A DNA stretch of 64,000 bases from the NCBI GenBank assembly GCA_965240325.2, contig OZ251225.1, positions 3,534,001 to 3,598,000 on the forward strand. Direction: 5' to 3'. The DNA is from Rebecca billardiae RCC1528. Taxonomy: Eukaryota; Protista; Haptophyta. Under the pieces are notes generated by a model. That model worked only from the letters and a program-made list of their open reading frames with translations. It ran no database searches and was not told where the DNA came from. Both the position numbers and the translations under genes were made by a program. Within the stretch, counting starts at the first letter, position 1; each line of letters starts with the position of its first letter. Of the stretch, positions 1 through 10,967 are shown piece by piece.

Positions 1-2355
1 CGGCGGTTGGTATCTAGAGTCTAAAACCCGCAAGCCTTATTGAAAATACCCGCGCAGCTATTCGTTGCCAGCCCATTCCATAGTCACTGACTTACCGAGC
101 TGGCGAGCTCAAAACCTGCCGCCGTCGCAAGCACGTGCGCAGGTTTCTTCGGGGGTGGCGAGCGAGCCGCGACGACTCTTGGTCCAAGGGGGCGCTCGAT
201 GGGCAGGTGCGCGTGGCGAGTGCCGAGTGGCGCCTGGAGCGCGCGTCTGCGGCGGGTCCCGACGGCCGTCGACATCGCGTTCGTGCCCGCTCACTAGTCA
301 CTCCGCACGCCCCTGCCGCGCCCTGTCGATGCCTGCGCGGCCGGCCGCGCGGCCGCGCCGCCGCCGCCGCAGCCGCCGCCCTGTGTTCGGGCTCTCGCAA
401 GCTCGGGGGCAGCGGCGCAAGTGATGCCGGACTGATCGATCTCTGAGTCTCCGACTTCACCACACGCCCCCCTTGCCATGCCTCTCCGCCAGGGTCTCCC
501 AGAACTCTTCTTCAGAGCAGGCGCAAGTCGAACTGGCCGCGGCCCCGGCGCCGTCGGCTCGATCCCCGTGGCTGTCAGCTCCGCGTGGCCTTCAGGGCGC
601 CTGGCGTGCCACTGCCCAGAGCTGGCCGTGCCTCTGCGACGCGTGCCGAGCCTGACCGAGGTGTGTCACCCCGTGCACGCGCGGCGCGCGCAAGCACCGG
701 TGCTGCATGGCTGCTCGCACCGTGCTCCCTGGCTCGGTCAGTCAGCTCAGGCCGCGTGGGCCTGGTGTGCACGTAGAGTCGCGCTCATGCGTCGCTCACG
801 CCTCGCGCCCGCCTGTCGGCCGTCGCGCAGGCGCGCAGGTCGAACCCTACTGACCTGCAGATCATGGCCCGCGGTGCAGGGCGGAGCGCGCAGCGTGGAG
901 CCCGCACCAGCGGGCCCGAACCACGTTTCAAAAAGATCTTTGATCAAAGAAAAAAGGGACGGGGGACGATTTTCAGGGCTGGAGGAGACCGAGTTTCGAA
1001 TTTCGAGACTCCCTTACAGGTGCATCCTCGTCGAAAAAGGGCGCGTCCGCCGTCTTGAATAGTGAACAGAGGAATCAACGAAACCCGCGCCCAAGTGTGC
1101 GAGGCAGGGTAATTGTGGGTAGACTCTCCTTAATGTAGTGTGACCATAGTAAAATAATATGGCCTCGCCGCTGCAAGATGCCAAGAACGACCGTTGACAT
1201 AATCGTCCAACCAACTCCAATAGTGCGAGAGATTGAAAATACCCGCCGCAGCTATCCGTATAGTCGGAGCAAGGGCGGTAAGGGCTGTCAACTCCTGACC
1301 AGTGGCGCCGAGTGGCGGAGGTTCCGTGCCCCTCAACTCGTGCGGCCTCGCGGCGCAGCGGCGAAGTCTCCTGGGGCGCCGCCCTGGAGGGCGCGTGGGG
1401 TGCGCACGCCGCGGGCTCCTGCGCCCGCGGCAGCGGCCGCGGACACGGCGCGCGTGGTTGGTCGCCTGCTAGACAGCACGTAGTACCCTCCCACGCCGCG
1501 CGCCGCGCTTGCCGGTGCCCTCGCCGTGCCTCAGGCCAGCCGCGCACGCGCGCCGCGCCAATGGCCAGCCGTGGCCACGAGCCAGCCGCCGGCGCGCGCG
1601 CGGTGCGCGGTGCGGTCGGCGCGGGTCGGGCGCGCGCCCGGGGCGAGGCTCGCGTATGATGGGCGCGCGTCATGCCGCCTCGCGCCGCCACCCACGAGCT
1701 TGATCACGTTGCACGCGGCTGCTGAAGAGTGCTCGTCGAGCATTCCTCGGCCATCAGAAATGAGCTTGGATAAGTGGTTGTGAGCGCATCAGTGCGACGA
1801 ACGCGGGCACTCGGGGACTTGCTTGCCATGACATGAGGCTGGCCGTGCACATATTAGTGGTCTGCGCTTGTCTATCACGCGTCGCTGCCGTCCCATGATC
1901 GTCTCAACGTGAGCATTTTCAAACATGGCAATGCACACTCGACAGCATGTAAACGCGTGCGCGCCGACCCATGCGGGCGTCAGCGCGGCGGCGCGAGGCG
2001 GCATGCCGCGCGCCCATCATACGCGAGCCTCGCCCCGGGCGCGCGCCCGACCCGCGCCGACCGCACCGCGCACCGCGCGCGCGCCGGCGGCTGGCTCGTG
2101 GCCACGGCTGGCCATTGGCGCGGCGCGCGTGCGCGGCTGGCCTGAGGCGCGGCGAGGGCACCGGCGAGCGCGGCGCGCGGCGTGGGAGGGTACTACGTGC
2201 TGTCTAGCAGGCGACCAACCACGCGCGCCGTGTCCGCGGCCGCTGCCGCGGGCGCAGGAGCCCGCGGCGTGCGCACCCCACGCGCCCTCCAGGGCGGCGC
2301 CCCAGGAGACTTAGCCGCTGCGCCGCGCGGCCGCACGAGTTGAGGGGCCCCCAAC

Positions 2356-3560
2356 CAAGGGTAGTAAGGGTGAGCAACTCCGCTGGCGACAGCCGCGGAG
2401 GTCGGGAGGGCTCTGTTTGCCTCGCGAGCGGAGCGGAGCGAGTACTATCAGCGGCGGAGGGCGCTGAGGCCGCGCACGGCGTGAGGCGCGGCGTCGGCCG
2501 AGTCGGTCCGCGGAGGATGCGCGGCTCTTGGCCCGCTGCGCAGCGGCAGTGCACCTCACTTTGCTCCAAGCGCCGTCCTCCGCGTCGCCTTCTTCCCGCC
2601 TTGGAGCAGCACGCATGTGCGCGCCGCCGCATCGAATGCGGCACGGGCTTGCTCAGACGACCGCGCGCGCGTGGCGCGCGACTTGGTCGACCGCACGCGC
2701 GCGCTGCCGCGGGGCAAGGTAGCGCCACCGTATACGCGCGCCGTGCCCGCGCGAGCCTTTGCTCACGGCCATCTCATGAGCGTAGTGCTCGCTTGTCTGT
2801 TGCTCTCACGAATGTTTCGCTGTGCCTCACGCCGACGCTCGTCGGGTCGATCAGCGACTCATGAGCGTAGTGCTCGCTTGTCTGTTGCTCTCACGAATGT
2901 TTCGCTGTGCCTCACGCCGACGCTCGTCGGGTCGATCAGCGAGGTGTTGAGTGACATTGGATACCCAGGACGAAGGCCTAGTCTTGTGTATCCCTTCTCA
3001 GCACGAACGCAAGCGGACGCTAAGGCTCCGCATCGATGGTACTAACACTCACGCTGCTGTCTTCTCTAGCTTACTTCAGTTGCCAGCACTGTGCTGCGCA
3101 GACAGCACTCTTGACATGTGTGTGAGCTCGCACTCACGTCCATGCACACGCTCTCGCGCGGGCACGGCGCGTATGCGGTGGCGCTACATTGCACCGCGGC
3201 AGCACGCGCGCGCAGCCGACCAAGTCGCGCGCCACGCGCGTGCGGTCGTCTGAGCAAGCCTGTGCCGCATTCGATGCGGCGGCGCGCACATGCGTGCTGC
3301 TCCAAGGCGGGAAGGAGGCGACGAGGAGGACGGCGCTCGGGGCAAAGTGAGGTGCACTGCCGCTGCGCAGCGGGCCGAGCGCCGCGCATCCTCCGCGGAC
3401 CGACTCGGCCGACGCCGCGCCTCACGCCGTGCGCGGCCTCAGCGCCCTCCGCCGCTGATAGTACTCGCTCCGCTCCGCTCGCACCGGGCGCCGAGGCAAA
3501 CAGAGCCCTCCCGACCTCCGCGGCTGTCGCCAGCGGAGTTGCTCACCCTTACTACCCTTG
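2356..3560. mobile_element. Non-autonomous long-TIR DNA transposon 'B' nested in element A
   Basis: Ends CAAGGGTAGTAAGGGTGAGCAACTCC / reverse complement. CCCCAAC is duplicated at 2349-2355 and 3561-3567. Arms 2356-2755 and 3153-3560. Confidence 0.9.
2773..2942. repeat. 85-bp tandem duplication inside the spacer of element B
   Basis: CTCATGAGCGTAGTGCTCGCTTG... begins at both 2773 and 2858. Confidence 0.9.
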
Positions 3561-5431
3561 CCCCAACCTCCGCCACTCGGCGCCACTGGGAGTTGACAGC
3601 CCTTACCGCCCTTGGTCGGAGCCGGAGGGGGCGCGGCGCCCGCGCGGCGTGTGCGGCCCGCGTTTGCACGCCGCGGCTGCGGCGACAGGAGCTCAGGAGG
3701 CGCCAGCCACGAGCGACCGACGGGTGAGGACGGCGATGGGCAGGTGCGCGCGGCGAGTGGCGCCTGGAGCGCGCGGCTGCGGCGGGTCCCGACTGCCGTC
3801 GACATCGCGTTCGTGCCCCCGCTCACTCCGCGCGCCCCCGCCGCCCCGTGTCGATGCCTGCGCGCGGCCGCGCGCCCGGTCGCCGGGGCGCCCGGCGGCC
3901 GCGCCGCGGCAGCCGCCCTGTATTCGGGCTCTCGCAAGCTCGGGGGCAGCGGCGCCTGATGCCGGACTGATCGATCTCTGAGTCTTCGACTTCACCACGC
4001 GCCGCCCTTGCCATGCCTTTCCGGGGAGCGCCGACGATCCGAGTCCATCCATCGTCGACGGTCGACTCTGAGCGAGGGCTACGCCTCGGAACTGAACGGT
4101 ACTCTACGAGGAGGACGAGCTGCGCGGGCGACGGTGGTGCGTGACGTCCCCAGAGCTGGCTGTGCCTCTGCAACGCGTGCCGAGCCTGATCGAGGTGTGT
4201 CAGCCCGTGCACGCGCGGCGTGCGCGAACGATCCGTGACTGGACACTGGTGCCCGCTCGCACCTCCGACCTCGGCACCGTGCTCCCTCGGGCTGTCAGCT
4301 CCGCGTGGCCTGGCGTGCACGTAGAGTTGCGCTCATGCGTCGATCACGCCTCGCGCCCGCCTGTCGGCCGTCGCGCAGGCGCTGGTCGAACCCTACTCGG
4401 ACCAGTGCAAATCATCTACTACTATCCTGGCGCTGCCGGTGCGCGGTGACCCGCGGCGGACAGCGCCACAGCGGTCAGTCAGCAGCAGCGGCCCGAACGA
4501 ATCCGCGGCCCCGCACCGTGCTCCCTGGCTGTCAGCTTCGCGTGGCCTGGCGTGCACGTGGAGTCGCGCTCATGCGTCGATCACGCCTCGTCGCATCCGC
4601 CTGTACACAATCGGCGCCGCGCCGGCGGCTGCGAAGTGCGATGGGCCCGCGCCCGGCGCGGCGGGCGGCGGCGCGCCGCTGGAGTCTAGTTGTACGGGCA
4701 TGCAACTCCGGGTCTGTCAATAGACGACTGCGATGGAGGGTGCACCGCCACCGCGGGCCCTGAACTACGTTCGTTCTACGGAAAAGGACCGCGGAACGCG
4801 GTCATCTACTCCTGCGCTGCTGGCGTCGCGGCGACGACGGTCAGCGGCAGGCCCGAACGAACGTTCGCCAATGCGCGGTCCCGCGCCGTCGGCTCCCTGG
4901 CTGTCAGTCAGCTCCGCCGGTGGCCTGGCGTGCAAGAGTCGCGCTCGTGCGTCGATCACGCCGAGTCGCATCCGCCTGTCGGCCGTCGCGCACGCGCAGG
5001 GGGTCAGGTAAGGGCCGTCTGTGATGAGGGCAGCTCGGCCGACGACCGACATCCACACTCGGCGCACGCCAGCCGCCGACGCGCCCGCGCCCGGCCGGCC
5101 GGCCGGGCCGGCGGCGGCGCGGCGCTGGGCGGCGCGCCGCTGGATGGAGTCTAGTTACCGTACGGGACGACTGCGACGGAGGGTGCACCGCCACCGCGGG
5201 CCCCGAACTACGTTCGTTCTACGGAAAAGGACCGCGGAACGCGGTCATATTGATATGGCACTATGTCTATGCGCGGCCTCCGGCATGACGGCAGACGGCT
5301 CTAGATACAGGGCCTCATGCACTGGCCACAGTCACGGGCGGCCGGCTGCCGCAGGCGGAGGGGTCTGGGCCGGTGCAGCCGGGCGCGGCATCCGAGCTAA
5401 CGGCGGTGAGCATGCGGACGTACCCGCCATC

Positions 5432-5914
5432 TCACGAGCCCCATCCTTTCGCGCGCAGGACCGCCCGATTGAACTCCTTCGTCTTGGGGTCGATCGTCAG
5501 GTCGAGCTTGGCGCATGGCACACCTGAACCAGGCGTGGTGCACAGAGCGTAGTGGTCACGCACCTTGCCGACGAGGGCATCCACTGACTCGCATTCGCCG
5601 GCGAAGGCATACACCTTTTCGAGACGCTTCGGGTCGTCGGTCGTGCAGATCTTCGTGCGCCGGATCTCGGGCGGAAGCGTGAAGAGCCACACGATCGCCA
5701 CCAGCAGAACAGCAAAGATGCGCACCCCCACCTCCTCCGATTGCTGGATCGAGCTTGGCTTCTTGCTCACCTCCTCCGAGGGGTCACTGCGCATGTGGAG
5801 GCGGTTCAGCGGACTGATGGCAGGCCTCTGGACAGCAGGGAGCGCCGCCGCCGCGCGGGGCAGCACGGGCACATAGCTTGTGCTGAGGACCGCGGTGAGA
5901 GTGACGGTCGCCAT
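5432..5914 (-). CDS. Uncharacterised ~160-aa protein, probable plastid targeting peptide and one TM helix
   Basis: ATG at 5914 ([14 protein letters not shown]...). Transit-like N-terminus, hydrophobic segment [23 protein letters not shown] and Cys-containing C-terminal domain. The longer 510-aa ORF upstream is the ClpP antisense shadow. Confidence 0.7.
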   Translation of the reverse strand: MATVTLTAVLSTSYVPVLPRAAAALPAVQRPAISPLNRLHMRSDPSEEVSKKPSSIQQSEEVGVRIFAVLLVAIVWLFTLPPEIRRTKICTTDDPKRLEKVYAFAGECESVDALVGKVRDHYALCTTPGSGVPCAKLDLTIDPKTKEFNRAVLRAKGWGS

Positions 5915-6043
5915 CGCCTCGATCGAGCCTCCCGGAGTCCCGGTCCGGTGTCTGCAGCATCCGGACCTTCCGCGAGTGTTCGGCGGCTCGCGCCCGCACG
6001 CGCGCGACTTGGGCGTGAGCGCGGCCGAGCGAACAGGCACGCC

Positions 6044-6865
6044 ATGTTGACCATCGCGGTTGCCGCTCTCGCGTACGTCGCGCCCCTGGAGGGCGGCGCG
6101 CGCGGGCTGCGCGGGATGGCGCAGGCGCGTGCCTCGCCGCTCGCCATCTCCTCGCTGTGGACCCCGTACGGTGGCCCCGTGTCCATGCCTGACGAGCCGG
6201 AGATCGACCCGCGCCGCCCTGATCAGCCAGACAAGCAGCCGGGCCCGATGCGCTCGCCGGTGCAGCTGCCGACCGTGGGCTTTGGGGACAAGCAGATGGA
6301 CGTCGTCTCGCGTCTCCTCTCGGATCGGATCCTCCTTCTCGGATCGCAGGTCGACGACGAGCGCGGCAACGTGCTCGTCGCGCAGCTGCTCTACCTCGCG
6401 GGCGAGGATGGATCGAAGGACTGCACGCTGTACATCAACTCGCCGGGCGGCTCCGTCTCGGCCGGTATGGCGATCTTCGACACGATGCACTACGTGCCGT
6501 GCGATGTGAGCACGTGCTGCTTCGGCACGGCCGCGTCGATGGGCGCCTTCCTCCTGGGCGCGGGCACGGAGGGCAAGCGCCGCTCGCTGCCGAACTCGCG
6601 CATCATGATCCACCAGCCGCTCGGCGGCGCGCAGGGGCAGGCGGCGGATATCGAGATCCAGGCGAAGGAGATCCTCTTCGTGCGCGCGGTGCTCAACCAG
6701 TACATCGCTGACTTCACGGGCCAGCCCGTCGAGAAGATCGAGGAGGACTGCGACCGCGACTTCTTCATGACGCCGGAGGAGGCGAAGGACTACGGCATTA
6801 TCGACGAGGTGATCCAGACGAAGCGCATGATGTCCAAGCCTCCGCGGCCGGAGCTCGTGTACTGA
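6044..6865 (+). CDS. clpP: ATP-dependent Clp protease proteolytic subunit, probably plastid-targeted
   Basis: [25 protein letters not shown], catalytic Ser (AASMGAFLL), His (IMIHQP) and Asp (DRDFFM); signal-like [11 protein letters not shown] start at 6044. Confidence 0.96.
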   Translation: MLTIAVAALAYVAPLEGGARGLRGMAQARASPLAISSLWTPYGGPVSMPDEPEIDPRRPDQPDKQPGPMRSPVQLPTVGFGDKQMDVVSRLLSDRILLLGSQVDDERGNVLVAQLLYLAGEDGSKDCTLYINSPGGSVSAGMAIFDTMHYVPCDVSTCCFGTAASMGAFLLGAGTEGKRRSLPNSRIMIHQPLGGAQGQAADIEIQAKEILFVRAVLNQYIADFTGQPVEKIEEDCDRDFFMTPEEAKDYGIIDEVIQTKRMMSKPPRPELVY

Positions 6866-7690
6866 GCGAGACCGGCTGGCCCGGCCGCCTTGGCGAGTGC
6901 CACTAGTTCGCTCCGAGAAGGGCCGGCAGCTGTCGCGGCCAGCTGCGGCTGGCTGGCGCCGCAATCACGCGGCTCCGAGTAGTGACCGTACGGTCCGTGC
7001 ACCGCACCCCGGAATCGGATGTCCTCCGGTTAGACCGCAGCCCTCAGCCAAGGCACTGATGACAATGCCGGATGCCATCAACCCCCACCCGGAGACATCA
7101 GTTCGCGCACGCATGTAGCGTGATGTTATGATGACGATCCTGGTTCGTAGTTTCACTGTACGGTACTGAAAAAGGCTTCGTCGACGACGACCGCTGACCG
7201 CGCACCCCGCGTCCACCCAGGCTGTGACCCCAATGACATATATATATATATTGTCATTGACCGATTTGACCGCCCTGCGGCCCGCGTCATTAATTAGATG
7301 AGTAGCAGTCATCTACACTCTGCGCGCGGTGCCCGCAACCGAAGCCAGAGCCCGCGAACAGCAGTGGCACTAGTAGATCGACCAGTGAGTGCGCGACCCG
7401 GCACTGTGACGGGCTGAGCCCGCCGTATCAGAGTCCCGAATCGTCCGGTGGGCGTGCTGCGAGCATCGCATCGGAACGGAATTTAATGACGCGCGATGAA
7501 GCGCGCGCCGCCCGGCCGACGGCGACTGCTTACATCGGCCGTGACTGTGAGGCGTGACCCGCGTTAGTCGGGCCGGGTCGCGGCCGCGGGTCGTACGGCG
7601 CCGTGAACTTGACAGTAGGCGGCGCCGACGACTGTCTGGCTGCCGCCAAGCCTCGTCGATGCCATCCTCGTCAGAATCGTCTGCCGCAGC

Positions 7691-8455
7691 TCACTCCAGC
7701 TGAGGCCGCAGGCTGGTGCGCTCGGTGGTCTGCGCAGCGCGGCGTCGCACGTCGCTTGCCGACACCTTCCGTTCCTGGTCCTGGATGGAGACGGGGATGT
7801 CTTCATAGAAGCCGCGATCATTCACGTCATCGTATGCATCCAAAAGCGTCAAGTCGTAGACGAGGTCAACGGCGCGCCCACTGCGCTCCTCGTTGTTGAT
7901 CGCGTCCTGCAGCGCGTCGCGCGCCAGCTTGCTGGCAGGCAGCGGGCCGAGTGCTCCCTGCGTGAAGCCGAGCGTCTCCTGCGGCAGGACCACGCGGCGC
8001 TGGCCGCCGACGGCCATGGAGTGCAATGCAAGCTCGAGTCCCATGATCTGCTGCCCGTTGCCGTGCTTGAGGAGGTACGGCGAGCCGTTGGAGAACGTCG
8101 AGTCGAAAACGCGCAGTTCGCCGGAAGGCGCGACCGTGTATCCGACAAAGTGTATCTTTAGCAGTTGGCCCCAGCGCGGACGCGGGCCGGCGCCCGGTCG
8201 GAAGTCGTAGTACCTAAAGCCTGCATCGTCACGGAGGACGCCAGAACCAGCCTGCTCGTCGGCCATCGCTGCGGGGACCACCCTCCAAGTCGATCCAGCT
8301 CCAAGCGCGAGTGCGGCGCTGCAGACCGCGGCGCGGCGAGTCGGCTGCCCAGGGGGCGCGCGCAGCGCGCCCGAAAGCGACACGCACAGGGCGAAGGTCA
8401 GGACCGAAAGCCGGCTTATCGCCGTCAGGCGTTGGCGAGCCCAGCAACGCGACAT
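7691..8455 (-). CDS. FKBP-type peptidyl-prolyl isomerase, thylakoid-lumen type
   Basis: FKBP motifs (YYDFRPGAG..PRWGQ..IHFVGY, FDST, IMGLELALHSMAVGGQRRVVLP, LVYDLTL). Signal peptide followed by a twin-Arg TRRAAV..PAAMA lumen-type signal. Confidence 0.88.
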   Translation of the reverse strand: MSRCWARQRLTAISRLSVLTFALCVSLSGALRAPPGQPTRRAAVCSAALALGAGSTWRVVPAAMADEQAGSGVLRDDAGFRYYDFRPGAGPRPRWGQLLKIHFVGYTVAPSGELRVFDSTFSNGSPYLLKHGNGQQIMGLELALHSMAVGGQRRVVLPQETLGFTQGALGPLPASKLARDALQDAINNEERSGRAVDLVYDLTLLDAYDDVNDRGFYEDIPVSIQDQERKVSASDVRRRAAQTTERTSLRPQLE

Positions 8456-8517
8456 CGTCGCGAGTCGGACGTCCGCAGCGGCGACGATCTGCGTCCCTCG
8501 CTCGATGACGACTCACG

Positions 8518-9594
8518 CAAGGGTGGTCAGGGTCGCCGACTCCAGCGGAGGCCGGCGCCGGAGCTTCGCTTCCGATTTTTTGCAGCGGCGCGGCGCGCGG
8601 GGCCGCCGCCGCTGTGGCGGGCCGCTCGGGGCGTGCACGGCGTGGGCTCGTGCGGCCGCTGCCGCGCACGCCGAGCGATCCGGCGCGGGCTCGCGGCTTG
8701 TCGATGGCCTCGCGCGCCGCAGCGCGACGCGCGCCTTGCCTAGCTTCGCCTTTCTCGCGCCTTGGCCGCCGTGCACGCGTGCGCCGCCAAACCGCAAGCT
8801 CGGCATACCTCTCAACCGAGCGTGCACGTGCCTTGCGCGACGCGACGCGGGCTTTGCCGCCAGGCGATGTAGGCGTAGTGCGAGCGTGTGCCGTGAAGCC
8901 TCAGCGCGGATCGAGCGTGTCTTCAACGTCTCGGTCAGCTGTCGACAACTGCTGACGCATCGACCACCAATGGACATCACGGGCCTCCGTTGAACGATGG
9001 GATATCGCGACGCTGCGACTCGTGAAGACTAGTCGAGCGTTGTAGCCAAAACGATGAACGCCACTATGACGTGTGTGTGAGCCTTGCGTGACGATGCGAC
9101 GTGACGATCGCCCCGGCAAGAGAGTCAGTCGTGCAGCTTTCAGCACTGCTCAACGAACAGACGGTCCACGCGCGTACGCGGCCTCGTTTCATTGTTCTCG
9201 ATCCGCGCTGAGGCTTCACGGCACGCGCTCGCACTACGCCTACATCGCCTGGCGGCAAAGCCCGCGTCGCGTCGCGCAAGGCACGTGCACACTCGGCTGA
9301 GAGGTATGCCGAGCTTGCGGTTTGGCGGCGCACGCGTGCACGGCGGCCAAGGCGCGAGAAAGGCGAAGCTAGGCAAGGCGCGCGTCGCGCTGCGGCGCGC
9401 GAGGCCATCGACAAGCCGCGAGCCCGCGCCGGATCGCTCGGCGTGCGCGGCAGCGGCCGCACGAGCCCACGCCGTGCACGCCCCGAGCGGCCCGCCACAG
9501 CGGCGGCGGCCCCGCGCGCCGCGCCGCTGCAAAAAATCGGAAGCGAAGCTCCGGCGCCGGCCTCCGCTGGAGTCGGCGACCCTGACCACCCTTG
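8518..9594. mobile_element. Non-autonomous long-TIR DNA transposon 'C', 7-bp TSD
   Basis: Ends CAAGGGTGGTCAGGGTCGCCGACTCC / reverse complement. ACTCACG is duplicated at 8511-8517 and 9595-9601. Near-identical 398-bp arms 8518-8915 and 9197-9594. Confidence 0.93.
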
Positions 9595-9656
9595 ACTCAC
9601 GAGTCTCGGCCCAGCCGAGCAGGACACACACCTTTGCCGAGCCACATCTGCGCAGG

Positions 9657-10496
9657 ATGGCCGCCCCGCCGCCCGGCAATGATGGGATGCCTCAACAGCC
9701 GATGACGACGACGAACATCTGGCGCGAGTCGTGCGTCATCATCGGGGTGGGCTCGTTCGTCATCGGTGCGTGCAACCCCAGTGACCGCTCGCGAGCTCGG
9801 CTCTGCGCGCACAACGCGCGCTCGCACCAACCTCGATTGCCGCGCACGCGTGCCCTCCCCCATCGCTGCGCAGGCGGTGCACTCGGCATGATCGCCGGGC
9901 CCGTCCTCTACGCCTTCGAGACGACCAATCCGGCGCATGCCGACCTTCCTTTGAGAATGCAGCTGCGGCTCGCTGGGAGGGACATCGCCCAGCGCAGTCG
10001 CACATGGGGCAAGAACTTTGGCGTGATCGGCGGCCTCTTCTCGTTGTCCGAGTGCTACGTCGCCAAGGTGCGCGCGAGGGCGAGGGGGCTCGCTGTGAAT
10101 GCGCGCGTCTTGCGATGCGCACGTCTCTCGCGCGCGCGGCGGGTGCTTGCCGCAGGGGAGATTTGCTGCGGTGACGACGGGCGCACCGCTGCGAGGGCTT
10201 TCACATTGCTTGCCCGCGCCTGAGCGAGTTTCGCCGCCGCACACTCGCGACTGACTGGCTCTTATGCTTCCCCGCCGTCTTCGATGGCACTGCGACGCAC
10301 GCACTCTCCCTGTGTCGCGTACGTGCGGCCGATGCAGACACGAGCTGCGCACGACATGTGGAACCCCGTGATTGGCGGCTGCATTACTGGCGGCGCGCTC
10401 GCGGCAAGTGGTGGGCCCCAAGCGTGCGCGATCGGCTGCGCGGGCTTCGCGGCCTTCTCGCTTGCGATTGAGGCCGCTGGCTTTGGGCAGCACTAG
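9657..10496 (+). CDS. TIM22: Tim17/Tim22/Tim23 family translocase, Tim22-like; exons 9657-9765, 9874-10067, 10338-10496
   Basis: The spliced product reads [76 protein letters not shown]. Introns are GTGCG..GCAG at 9766-9873 and 10068-10337. Confidence 0.88.
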
Positions 10497-10967
10497 CGCT
10501 ACGCATCCGCGCTCAGCTGCTGTCCGTGCCTCGTGGGGAGTGCGGATCCCTGTCGGGTTCGTGACCAGTCCGGGTGAGTATTTTTTGAGTCCGCGACCAA
10601 GAGTCACCGGATTCCGCCTGAATATGAATAACAAGACGTTGAAGGTTGGCCGACGGTTTCGGCCGGGCCTGATTCTCGTATTCATTAGTCGCAGCGGGCC
10701 CGACCAGTCTGAAATCACTACTACTGCTTTCGCACCACAGCATCCCGATCTTGCCCTCGCCTGGCCTCCCAAAATTTCGGCCGCGCGGCCAATCAGAGAG
10801 GCGGAGAGTCGTCGGCGCAATACAACAAACAGCAAGACCGCCCGTCGTGCTCAGCAAGTCGACCGTGGACAGCTGTGCACGCATTGGCAGCCACTTGACG
10901 CCCACCTTCTCGCCAGGTCGGGCCTGACCGCTGCGAGGGCTGCGGAGATCGGAGGGGGATCCCGCCC

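Larger units (their letters stand above)
1270..3614. mobile_element. Non-autonomous long-TIR (foldback/MITE-like) DNA transposon 'A', 7-bp TSD, P-element-like ends; right arm interrupted by element B
   Basis: Starts CAAGGGCGGTAAGGGCTGTCAACTCC (1270) and ends with its reverse complement at 3614. GTCGGAG is duplicated at 1263-1269 and 3615-3621. Arm 1270-1689 pairs with 1987-2355 plus 3561-3614; spacer 1690-1986; no transposase ORF. Confidence 0.9.
196..5247. repeat. Older diverged direct-repeat family hosting element A: ~196-865 vs ~3733-4415, plus tandem units 4415-4804 and 4805-5247
   Basis: Shared blocks such as GATGCCGGACTGATCGATCTCTGAGTCT (~423 and ~3958). A module CCGTGCTCCCTGGCT..GTGGCCTGG.GTGCACG..GAGTCGCGCTCATGCGTCG recurs at ~720, 4277, 4517 and, more diverged, 4890. 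ATTGAAAATACCCGC(C)GCAGCTAT occurs at 39 and 1232. Confidence 0.7.

Noticed and set aside
65-5430. Many short Arg/Ala-rich ORFs
   Set aside because: They lie in inverted or direct repeats, appear mirrored on both strands, and lack recognisable domains; no transposase was found.
9192-10223. 343-aa ORF as a single protein
   Set aside because: It is a chimera of the element C arm, Tim22 exons and read-through introns.
10716-10728. Recurring ACTACT(ACT/GC) motif near gene starts (also ~19030, ~40433)
   Set aside because: Too short, and inconsistent in distance and orientation, to call a promoter element from three instances.
10545-10730. AT-richer segment with small hairpins (GGCCGACGGTTTCGGCC) resembling an ncRNA or tiny MITE
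   Set aside because: No tRNA cloverleaf, snRNA motif, clean TIR or TSD could be established.
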